64,000 nt of DNA, taken from assembly GCA_023205875.1 (NCBI GenBank), contig CP060756.1:1240001-1304000 (forward strand), in the 5' to 3' direction. Below the pieces are notes generated by a model. That model had not been told where the DNA came from. It saw only the letters and a list, made by a program, of their open reading frames with translations, and searched no databases. This DNA is from Chloropicon primus. Lineage: Eukaryota. The position numbers were made by a program, and so were the translations under genes. Positions 40,267 through 49,386 of this stretch are shown here, one piece after another (the first letter of the stretch is position 1; each line of letters opens with the position of its first letter).

Positions 40267-40543
40267 CGTCCCTCCAAGCCCTTCAAGCCGCTCGCTCGCC
40301 TCGCTCGTTTCGAACCCTCAACTGGCGAGTTCTGTTTCAACCGCGCCAAGTTCCCGCTCTTGATGGATGAGAGGAGGGGGAAGGAGAGGAGGGGGAAGGA
40401 GGGGGAAGGAGAGGAGGGGGAAGGAGGGGGAAATGGTTCCAGTGACGGACGGGGAGATGATGGATGATGGATCGATACCAATGATACAGAGGTCGATTTA
40501 GTTTGCAATGGCAAGGAGGTATTTCTGTTTTTCTGTTTCTGTT

Positions 40544-41698
40544 TCAAGAGGCCTGAGTCTTCTTCTTCGTCGGGTAGATGTCCCACAGGGCGATGTTCGA
40601 GTCCTCAGAGGCGGAGGCGAGGAGGCCACAGCCCGGAGAAAACGCGACCGCGTTGCAGTTCTTCTGGTGGTACTGTCGTGGCAAGAAGGAGGGAGGCGCA
40701 AGTCAGTCAATCGCGGCGAGTCGATGCCGTTTCAAAGTGAATTCAAGCCGCTGACCACCTACCTTGAGCACGGCCAGAGGGGCTCGCTTCTTGTAGTCGA
40801 AGACCCTCACTCGGCCGTCCCAGCCCGCTGCCACGAATATCCTGCCATCGCTTCTTATGCTCACCTCCGATACCCCGGGCTGCTTCATCTCAAACGTCTC
40901 GAGCGCTCGAATGCCGAGGCGGCCGGGCTCCCCGCCCTCCCCGCTCTTTGGCGAGGCCTCGAACTGCACGAGTTCCGAGCCCACGCTGGCCGCGACACCG
41001 GCGAGCCCCGTCTTGTCCACGGCGATGGACATGAGGGGCTCGTTGCTGGAGAAGCTCGCCAGAGCGAGGGGGGCCGCGCTCTGCCTCAGGTCGAAGCAAG
41101 CGAGGTCCCCGCTCTCGTACCCCGCCCACACGAGCGTCCCGTCGCCACTCCCGGCGGGGGCCTTCAGGCACACTGCGGTGCACATCCCGACCGCCTTCTC
41201 CTTCGTCGGTGCCTGGAGGACCGAGATTCTCTTGGAGAGCCCGACGTCCCATATCTCCACGACGGAGGCGTCCGAGGACGGCAGCGCGGCGATCGGATCC
41301 CCGCCGTCCGCCGAGGAGGACGCAGAGAAGCGGCAAAAGTTGTAGCACCCCGTCGAAAACTCTGCCAGAGGCCGCTCTCCCTCCAAGGAGGAGCACAGTC
41401 TCTCCGCGTCCCAGTACTTGACGCACCCCTCGCGCCCCTGCGTGAGGAGCTTCCCCTCGCCCTCGACCGCGCAGAGGGAAACGAACCCAGAGTCCTGTGG
41501 GTACAACCGCCTGTCGAGGCTCGCCCTCCTCCTCCTCAAGTCCCAGGCCTTGAGGCGTCCCTCCTGGTCCCCCGAGAACAGCAACACATCGTCCTCGGAG
41601 CCCGCGCCCGCGCCCTCCCCCCGGTAGAAGCACACGCACTTGACTCCCTTCCTGTGGCCTCGGAGCACGTTCCTCGGGTCCGGGCTCTTCCTCGCCAT
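40544..41698 (-). CDS. WD40 protein, GNB1L/Asa1/DSE1-like
   Basis: PDP..VLRGH, LLTQGREG, SIRSDGRIFVAAGWDGRVRVF, LAVLK|YH and ASEDSNIALWDIY. Intron 40673-40762 joins in frame. Confidence 0.82.
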
Positions 41699-42075
41699 CG
41701 ATTGATATCGATCGATGCTGGCTTCACCCCCGACCTCCACCTATCTCCATGGAATGCTTGAGAGAGCAAGCAAGTCCTTCCTTGGATCATCCCTTCCCTC
41801 CCCCTCCCACTCCCCTTGTGCCCTCGTCCCCTTCTCCATCCTCCTGGTTCGCCAGGGAGTCCCCTCCTGCAGGATTTCCTCGCGCGAAACCCTGCCTTTT
41901 TTGGATTTCGAGGACGAGCGCGCTGCTGCTTGGATGACAGGAGTGACCGGTTGTTCGAACACAGGCAGCGCAGGGGTTGGTTGTGCTGGATGTGCTGAAT
42001 TGTTCACCATCATCATCATCATCTTCTTCTTCTTCTTCATCTCATCGTGTTACAATATTATCGCAAAAAAGCAAG

Positions 42076-43172
42076 TCACACCTCACTGGGCGTCTTCGTG
42101 GAGAGGGAAAGGGCATGGAGAGTTCCCGCAGGTTCCATGCAGTCCGCTAACACCGCGTAGATCGCCTTGTGCCTCTTGATCGTGTTCATCCCCTCAAACG
42201 ACTCCGAGACAATCCGCACGGTGAAGTGGGTTCCGCCGTCCGCTGACTCGGGCCTGTGGCCTGCGTGGCTCGCCGAGTCGTCCTGGATCTCAAGGCTGCG
42301 TTGTCGTTCGCGAGGAGGAGGCGAGAGAGAGAAAGGAAAGGTCCCGTCAGCTTCCGCGGAAGGACGGGAGGCGCGCGCGCACGGGGAGAAGGAAGGGGAC
42401 CACGAGAGTCGAAGAGGGAATTCGCCCGGGATTCTCACCTCGCTGGACTGAACTCCCGCGTCAACACCAACTCAATTTTTTTGGACATGGGAAGGTTTGC
42501 GTCCGCGTCTGGGGTGGCGCCCGCGTCCCCACCCGCCGCGGTGGACGCCAGGAGACCCTGCGCGATCTTCTGCATCTTGAGGAGCATGTTCAAGAACCCG
42601 TTGTTCCTGGACGGCGTCAAGCTCTGCTGGAGCCCCAGCTTCTCGATGAAGGAGGGGTCCAGCGACGTGATGGCCTCCGGCGTCGCTCCGCTCAGACCCT
42701 TCACGAGGAGAGCCGCCAGGCCCTTCGTCAGCTGAGAGTCCGACTCCGCCTTGTACGTCACCGTCCCGTCCTGCTCGAGGAAGCCCTTGACCCAAACCTG
42801 AGAGACGCAGCCCTCGACCTTGTTCTCAGGAGTCTGGTGCTCGGTTCCCAGCGCGTCCAGCTTCTCGGCGAAGAAGAGGAGCTGCTTGTACCGCATCATG
42901 GGGTCGGGAACCGCACTGAACGCGGCCACCAGGCCCTTCAGCGACTCTGGCATCGCCGTCGAGGCCTCCATCGCCCGCACGCTGCACACCAACCCCCTCT
43001 CCCTCCTCGAGTTGCTCCTCCTCCTCCTGCGGGGGGGGGACCCACCACCCTGAATTCGCAGCACCTTGCCCGGGTCCACGCAGTGCCTCGCCCCCTGCCT
43101 CCCCAAATCGCACGCCCCTCCCCCCCTCCCCCACCGTCCTCCCCCCAACCTCGTCGCCAACGCCGACGTCAT
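42076..43172 (-). CDS. SUFE1: Plastid SufE1 with C-terminal BolA domain
   Basis: ENKVEGCVSQVW, SDSQLTKGLA and SLTPSRNNGFLNM. Intron 42296-42438. BolA part DDSASHAGH...THF.V.IVS..FEG...KRH..IY...HALSL.TKTP. This is the known plant SUFE1 architecture. Confidence 0.93.
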
Positions 43173-43694
43173 CCTCCTCCCCCGTGGCTCAGACCCCTCT
43201 TTCGGGCGATCTCAGGCCGAGGACACCCCAGCCACGTTCCTCCTCGATCGCAATCCCGCGCCCTAGATCGATCGATCGATCGATAGAGAGCGTCCTCCTT
43301 CCCGCTAGTACACCTAAACCTCCTCCCCAAGGACTCAAACTCCTCGGCCTCCCGTCCGTCTCGCTTCTCCTCGCTCGACGGCCTTCCGCTGAAGCGAAGT
43401 TTGGATAAGTCGGCTGGTGAGTGTAATTGGGGAGGACGAAAGGAGGGAGAGCCTTCGAGAGAGCGCGCGGAGAGTATTGCCTTATTCATGGTCGAGAGGG
43501 AAGGGATGAAACGGAGGGACAAGAAGGACTCGTCGTCGTCGTGGGATGCGTACACTCTTCTGAGGTCTCCTGGGTTCAAGGGGAGACCACTTCAATTGGG
43601 GGGAGACCAGGCGCCCTCCTCGTCGTCGTCGTGGTTGTCGGGGGGTGCTGGGAGAAGGAGGCAAGGAGGGAGAGGGAGAGAGAGAGGGGGAGAG

Positions 43695-44183
43695 ATGATG
43701 CAGTACGGGAGCGGGACGATTCAGCTGCCCGCGGTGGAGTGCCAGCTGGCGGCCAAGTACGTGACGAGCCGACCCATCGACTTGCCGACCGTGCCGGAGA
43801 AGACGCAGGTGGACGAGGAGACGGCGAGGATCCTCGAGAGCATGGACCTGGAGAAGCAGACGTGCGACGAGGACTACTGCTGCGACTACGAGGACCAGGT
43901 GTACTCGATATCCTTGGTGGAGGTGTGGATGAAGGGCTACGAGACCGACGTGAAGAAGCTCAGGGAGGCAGGGTTTTCCGACCAAGTCGTGTCTTTGGCC
44001 TTCGCTGCGCTCCCCGTACTGTCGACCCTCCCGAACGCCGACGTCCTGGACAGCCTGTCCAACTTTTGCACCAACTTTGAGCAGATGAAGGGGATGGGCT
44101 TCTCGCAGGCCGCCATCTTCGGCTCGCTCATTAAGCACAAGAACAACCTGGAGGCGTCCATCACCGAATGCGTGGGGACCTGA
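43695..44183 (+). CDS. UBA-domain protein, UBAP1-like
   Basis: Two overlapping UBA-like units, LREAGFSDQVVSLA and MKGMGFSQAAIFGSLIKHKNNLEASI, after a UMA-like N-terminus. Confidence 0.6.
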   Translation: MMQYGSGTIQLPAVECQLAAKYVTSRPIDLPTVPEKTQVDEETARILESMDLEKQTCDEDYCCDYEDQVYSISLVEVWMKGYETDVKKLREAGFSDQVVSLAFAALPVLSTLPNADVLDSLSNFCTNFEQMKGMGFSQAAIFGSLIKHKNNLEASITECVGT

Positions 44184-44627
44184 GAGACTGAGACAGCTCG
44201 GCCCGAGCGGAAAGTGTACATTACTCTGAGCGGGACCCGGCGTCTCCCCGAGTCGGCCCTTGTACCTCTAAAGAAACCATTTTTCACCCTGTAAAACCAA
44301 CGAGTACTCGATGTAGGAAGAGAAAGAACGAAGGGACGACACCCAAAAGCAAGTGAGTGAGTGCTCTTCTTCTCCCGACACCACTCAGCGCCGCAAGCCC
44401 GCACGCAATCTCAAGCGGAGGAGGGAGGGGGAGAGGGAGAGAGACCGGGTCCCAACCCCCCGTTTCCCCCCTTTCCTCGAGTCCCATTCCCATCGCATCA
44501 TGGTTAACAATTAGCCGTCGGGGATCTGATATGTGATCTCTCTCTGGCGCTCAGAGGAGGCAGAGGGGTAGACGTAGACCTCAACCCTGTTAAGGTTGCT
44601 TGCGCGCGCGAGACCGGGAGGGTTCCC

Positions 44628-45548
44628 ATGGTGAGAACCCTGCGGCAGTCAGTGCGACGGATCGTAGGGAGACACCTCACGGCGTTTGGGCGGAGAGCGG
44701 CAGGGATCGTGCAGAGAGAGAGGAGGTTGGGAGAGAGGACCACCACCACGACTCCTCCTACGGATAAGGCGGGTTCTGGAAAGGGGATGAGCGTCCAAGC
44801 GAGGGCCCAAGAGCCCGCGGCGGCGGCACCCGCGGCGCAGGTGAGCGTTGCGGAGGGGATCAAGGACGTGAGGAGGAGGATCGAGGCGGCCGCGGAGAGG
44901 AGCGGCAACAAGGCGCCCCGGCTGGTTGCGGTCGGCAAGACCAAGCCGCTGGAGATGGTGCTGGAGGCGTACCACCAAGGCCACCGCTACTTTGGGGAGA
45001 ACTACGTGCAGGAGATCGTCGAGAAGGCGGCGTCGGCCCCGGAGGACATCCACTGGCACTTCATAGGCCACCTGCAGTCGAACAAGGCGAAGGCGTTGCT
45101 CCAGGGGGTTCCAAACCTTTCTGTGCTGGAGACGGTGGACACGGCCAAGCTGGCGGACCGACTGAACAGGATCTGCGGAGAGCTGGGGAGGGACAAGCCC
45201 TTGGGGGTGATGGTGCAGGTGAACACCAGCGGGGAGGAGTCGAAGCACGGGGTGGAGCCAGCGGAGGCGACCGTGCTCGCCGCCCATATCACCGAAAAGT
45301 GTCCCAACCTGAAGCTCGCGGGGTTCATGACCATCGGGATGCCTGACTACACTTCCAAGCCAGAGAACTTCGTGTGCCTCAAGGACTGCAGGAGGAGGGC
45401 CGCGGAGCAGCTCGGGATGGACGAAGCCGAGCTGGAGCTCAGCATGGGCATGTCGGGAGACTTTGAGGCTGCCATAGAGATGGGGAGCACGAACATAAGA
45501 GTGGGAAGCACCATCTTTGGAGCTCGAGTGTACCCTAACAAAAAATAG
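44628..45548 (+). CDS. PLPBP: Pyridoxal phosphate homeostasis protein (YggS/PROSC)
   Basis: LVAVGKTK, FGENYVQE, WHFIGHLQSNK, LSMGMSGDF and RVGSTIFG. Presequence from 44628, with an alternative ATG at 44787. Confidence 0.95.
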   Translation: MVRTLRQSVRRIVGRHLTAFGRRAAGIVQRERRLGERTTTTTPPTDKAGSGKGMSVQARAQEPAAAAPAAQVSVAEGIKDVRRRIEAAAERSGNKAPRLVAVGKTKPLEMVLEAYHQGHRYFGENYVQEIVEKAASAPEDIHWHFIGHLQSNKAKALLQGVPNLSVLETVDTAKLADRLNRICGELGRDKPLGVMVQVNTSGEESKHGVEPAEATVLAAHITEKCPNLKLAGFMTIGMPDYTSKPENFVCLKDCRRRAAEQLGMDEAELELSMGMSGDFEAAIEMGSTNIRVGSTIFGARVYPNKK

Positions 45549-45573
45549 AAACGTAGAGCGTGCGTGTACATCT

Positions 45574-48126
45574 TTAAATTACGAGTTTGGCTGTGATCTC
45601 GTTCGCACAGCTTCTCTTGTCAAACGCAGAGACCAAAGAGACTCTGACCGTCTGGAAGTTCTCGAGACGCAGAAGCGGCTCGTTCTCCTTCGTGCTTTCA
45701 AGGGCGCAAACATTCATCTTCTTGCTCGTGCTGTCCCACCTGGCCTTGAACCTCCTCTCTTCCCTCCAATAGAGCACGAACTCCATTCCGAATTCAGGCA
45801 CGAACACGCCCATCCACTTTGGGCCGTTGAGGTCCAGAATCACTGCCTCTGTCTCGTAGCTCTCTTTTTGCAGCCACAGGGCCAGGTATATCTTGATCGA
45901 GGAATCCTGAACCGCCTTGGCCGCCAGCTTTTGCTTGTTGCAATGGTCGCACTGGTCGATCAGCTCCTCTGTGAACTTGGCCCCCCAGGGGCCTTGCCCT
46001 CCCTTACCAGTGGACTCGAAGACCTTGCCCTTCTTGCTGCCCTTTGTCTTCTTTTTGCCCTCGCCTTCTCTGGCAAGAATGTCCACGAGAAGGCGATGGA
46101 CCACCACATCTGCGTACCTTCGGATCGGGGAGGTGAAGTGCGTGTAGTGATCGAAGGCGAGAGCATAATGCCGCCACTTGCTGGATTGCTCTTGATACGC
46201 GGGAGCACCTGTGCAGAAGTACATCGCGGTCTGCATAGGCTTTGTTGCAAGCAACACCACGGCGTAGAAAGTGCTGGCATCAACCTCAGACCGGATCCTT
46301 TCCAAAGACTCGTGTATGGCCCCAGAGCTACTGACGTCAATGCTGAGGTTCATCTTGTCAGTCATCTTCACCAGGCCCTCGATCTTTCTCCTGTGCGGGG
46401 GGGGATGCCTCCTCAGCAGGGCTGCAGAGGGCACCTTCTCTGAAATGAACAGGGCCACTCTCCTGTTGGCGAGCAGCATGAATTCCTCCACGAGGTAATT
46501 CGAGTCCCTCTGAACGTACTGCTTTGCTCCTATCGGTGTCATGTCCTCACCAAGAACAATGGAAACCCTGGGGATGTTCAAGGTGAGCGCACCCCTCTCA
46601 AATCTTTGAGCCCTCAGACGCTTTGCGATCTTGTCCAAAAGCTTGACGTCACCTGAAATTTCCTTGACGGTGTGCTGGTGGACTTTGGGCGCGGACGAAA
46701 GTGCTTTGCCCTCAATGATCTCTTGGGCTTGGCCATAATTCAGCTTCGTGCAAGACCGTATGACGGTCTTGCCGATCCACTCCGAGAGAACGTCGCAGGT
46801 CTCCAGGGAGATCTCCCAAACGATGGAGAACGCCAGCCTGTCTGTCCCGGGATTCAGACTGCATAGCTCCTCGCAAAGAAGTCGAGGGAGCATGGGAAGG
46901 ACGCCATCAACCATGTACACGGAGGTGGCCCGCTTTGAGGCTTCTTTATCCAAGCTCGTTGCTGGCCTCACAAAGTGAGTCACGTCAGCGATGTGCACCC
47001 CAACCCTTGCCGTCTTTTCATCGACCATCTCGATCGACAAGGCGTCATCCAGGTCCCTTGCAGTCTCTGGATCGATGCTGAAGATCCTCCAACTCCTCAA
47101 ATCCCTGCGAAGAGATATTTCCTTGTCACCAATCTCCCAGGGCGTCGAGGGCAGGCAAGAGATCACTTCCTTAGAGAACTCTCCCAGGTGCGTCTGCTCT
47201 ATGCCTTGCTGAAGGAGCACCGCCGAGATCTGATTCTCCTTGGAAGTCATTTCGCCCAAAACCTCGACGACCCCGCAGAACGGTGCCTCGCTGTAGAGCG
47301 GCCACTTCGTGACCATCACTAGAATGAATTTGTCTCTTGCTTTGGTCAGCTCAAGCTTCTTCAGCCTTTTCATCTCTTTTTTGGAGTCGGTAGGTACCTG
47401 CAGCCTTAGGAACGGGAATCTATCCTCTACCGGGCGAAAGGTGACCGACGTTGCAGGCGACAAGTCTTCCAGCTTCTCCGCTTTGTGAATCCTGCAAACG
47501 ATGTGTTTCCTCTGGTCGGTTGGATTGACGATGCCCACCACCTTGCCAGCGGGCCTCCTCTTGTGTTCCCTGATTTGGTTGTTGATTTCGTCCAGCGTCC
47601 AAGCACGAGCTTGGTCGCCACCCCCTCCATCACCAACCACGAGCTTCTTTTCGACGAGTTCCGTCAGACTCTCCAGCCCACTGTCGTCCTCCTGCACCCC
47701 CTCTTCCTCCGATTCATCAGAGTCCTCGACCGCGTCCTCTAGCCTCTCCGCGGAGTCCCAGTCCTCCAGAGGAAGGATCCTGATCGCCACCTCGTCCCCA
47801 TCCACCGTTCTGTTTTGGTTCTTGCGGCCCTTCAGTATCACGTCCACCTCCACGCCCTCCACCGTGACGTAGGCCTCCTCTCTCCGCCTCGGGTTCACCC
47901 GGAGTCTCCCCTTCAAGAGAGCTCCGGCCTTCAGATCCTGCTGGAACCGAGCATCGAAAGGCTCGTAAACCCTCCTGGGCCTCTTCGTACTACTTTTGCC
48001 TTTGCCTTTGGTCTTTTCCACAACCTTTTTGTCTTTGTCTTTGTCCTTCCCTTTGCCCTTCCCCCGCCTCCGGTTCTTCTTGTCTTCGGGTTCAACCCCC
48101 TCCCCCCCTTCCTCTCCTCGCGCCAT
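45574..48126 (-). CDS. DIS3L2: DIS3-like exoribonuclease 2 (RNB family; plant SOV)
   Basis: NRTVDGD.VA, IDPETARDLDDAL, VGVHIADV, LVEEFMLLAN and HYALAFDHYTHFTSPIRRYAD. No PIN domain. Confidence 0.9.
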   Translation of the reverse strand: MARGEEGGEGVEPEDKKNRRRGKGKGKDKDKDKKVVEKTKGKGKSSTKRPRRVYEPFDARFQQDLKAGALLKGRLRVNPRRREEAYVTVEGVEVDVILKGRKNQNRTVDGDEVAIRILPLEDWDSAERLEDAVEDSDESEEEGVQEDDSGLESLTELVEKKLVVGDGGGGDQARAWTLDEINNQIREHKRRPAGKVVGIVNPTDQRKHIVCRIHKAEKLEDLSPATSVTFRPVEDRFPFLRLQVPTDSKKEMKRLKKLELTKARDKFILVMVTKWPLYSEAPFCGVVEVLGEMTSKENQISAVLLQQGIEQTHLGEFSKEVISCLPSTPWEIGDKEISLRRDLRSWRIFSIDPETARDLDDALSIEMVDEKTARVGVHIADVTHFVRPATSLDKEASKRATSVYMVDGVLPMLPRLLCEELCSLNPGTDRLAFSIVWEISLETCDVLSEWIGKTVIRSCTKLNYGQAQEIIEGKALSSAPKVHQHTVKEISGDVKLLDKIAKRLRAQRFERGALTLNIPRVSIVLGEDMTPIGAKQYVQRDSNYLVEEFMLLANRRVALFISEKVPSAALLRRHPPPHRRKIEGLVKMTDKMNLSIDVSSSGAIHESLERIRSEVDASTFYAVVLLATKPMQTAMYFCTGAPAYQEQSSKWRHYALAFDHYTHFTSPIRRYADVVVHRLLVDILAREGEGKKKTKGSKKGKVFESTGKGGQGPWGAKFTEELIDQCDHCNKQKLAAKAVQDSSIKIYLALWLQKESYETEAVILDLNGPKWMGVFVPEFGMEFVLYWREERRFKARWDSTSKKMNVCALESTKENEPLLRLENFQTVRVSLVSAFDKRSCANEITAKLVI

Positions 48127-48405
48127 CCTGGCCTGGCTCTGGCTCCTCTCCCGCCCACCAGCTGTCGCGCTTGGCGGGGGGATCGCCGTGTGTTCCCAAA
48201 CGAAACGGTTTCGAAACGGTCCTTGTCGGTCGGTCGAGAGGAACGGAACGAGGAGGGAGCGAAGGCGAGGGGGGCGACGAGGAGAGGGGGAGGAGAAGGG
48301 GTTCGGTCGACGTGTCGACGTGCGCTTTGTTTTCTTTCCGAGCGAGGAGAGAGGAAACCGCGAGAGGAGGGAGGGGGTTTGCGTGGGGAGCCGATCGAGT
48401 CAAGG

Positions 48406-49209
48406 ATGGCGAGACCTTTGGAGGAGGAAGGGGGGGCGGGGGAGTCTTCCGAGGAGGTGAGGCCCGGGTACTACAAGGTGGTGCAGAAGCAAGCCGTCGC
48501 GGTTCACGAGACCATGAGCCTGGCCTCGGCGGCGGTGAGCTTCAAGCAGCCCGGCCACGTGGTCCGCGCCATCCCTGTGTTGGGTCGAGGGGTGGAGAGT
48601 GAGTGGGTGAAGATGACCAGCGGGGAGGGGTACGTGCTTGCCGCGCACCCCACCGAGGGCCAAGCCCTAGAGGCCCTCCAGCCCTCCACCTTCAAGGTCG
48701 TGCACAAGACCGTGCTGGTGAGGACGGAAGCCTCGACGTCGTCCAAAGTCCTTCAGATCAGAAAGGAAGGGGATCTCCTCCTGGTGGACGGCCACCTCGA
48801 GGGCTGGCTGAAGGTCCACAACGTGTCCCAGGAGAACGAGGCGGAGGCGAAGAGCTTGGGCGAAGCCGATCCGCTGAGGAGCGCAGTCGGGTGGGTCATG
48901 GTCACCCACAGCACCTACGGCAAGCTCGTGCAGTACCTCAAGGGCGAGATCCCGACCTTCAGCGACCCAAGCGCCCAGGAGGGATCCATGAAGACGCCCT
49001 CAAGCGTGTACACCGGCAAGGCAGCCGACCCCCTGACGGAGAGGCTGAAGCTGGAGCTCGACCAGATGAGGATGGCCGTCCAAGAGAGGGAGAAGCAGGC
49101 CTCCCGGGTGGACGGAGACGACAACTTGGACCTCATGAGGAGGGGGCTCATGGCAAACGCTGGGCAGAGCGCCTCGGGCAGCTTCTGCATCGGTGGAAAC
49201 CCCGTCTGA
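48406..49209 (+). CDS. Hypothetical protein with two SH3b-like repeats
   Basis: Strong coding-type codon bias. Internal duplication of YKVV....V.V....S..S.......G.....W.K....G(Y/W)V...H.T.G..L. TGTAA at 49241. Confidence 0.7.
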   Translation: MARPLEEEGGAGESSEEVRPGYYKVVQKQAVAVHETMSLASAAVSFKQPGHVVRAIPVLGRGVESEWVKMTSGEGYVLAAHPTEGQALEALQPSTFKVVHKTVLVRTEASTSSKVLQIRKEGDLLLVDGHLEGWLKVHNVSQENEAEAKSLGEADPLRSAVGWVMVTHSTYGKLVQYLKGEIPTFSDPSAQEGSMKTPSSVYTGKAADPLTERLKLELDQMRMAVQEREKQASRVDGDDNLDLMRRGLMANAGQSASGSFCIGGNPV

Positions 49210-49386
49210 ACCCAAAGGTGCGACCCTTGATAATAACTCGTGTAATCAAACACATCCACTCCGTCATATTTCTCCTGCTGGCAGGCAAAATGGCCGAGTG
49301 CTGGTCGACGAAGGGTGGCCGCGCTGGAGAGAATGTAGAGCCAATCGCGCGGAAGGAAGGAAGTTGAAAGGGGCGGAAGAGACGCG

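Noticed and set aside
41741..42040. 99-aa minus-strand ORF upstream of the WD40 gene
   Set aside because: It starts in (AAG)n/(ATG)n microsatellites and is purine-rich like other 5' leaders, with no domain.
42076..43172. SufE-BolA fusion as a novelty
   Set aside because: This is the established architecture of plant SUFE1.
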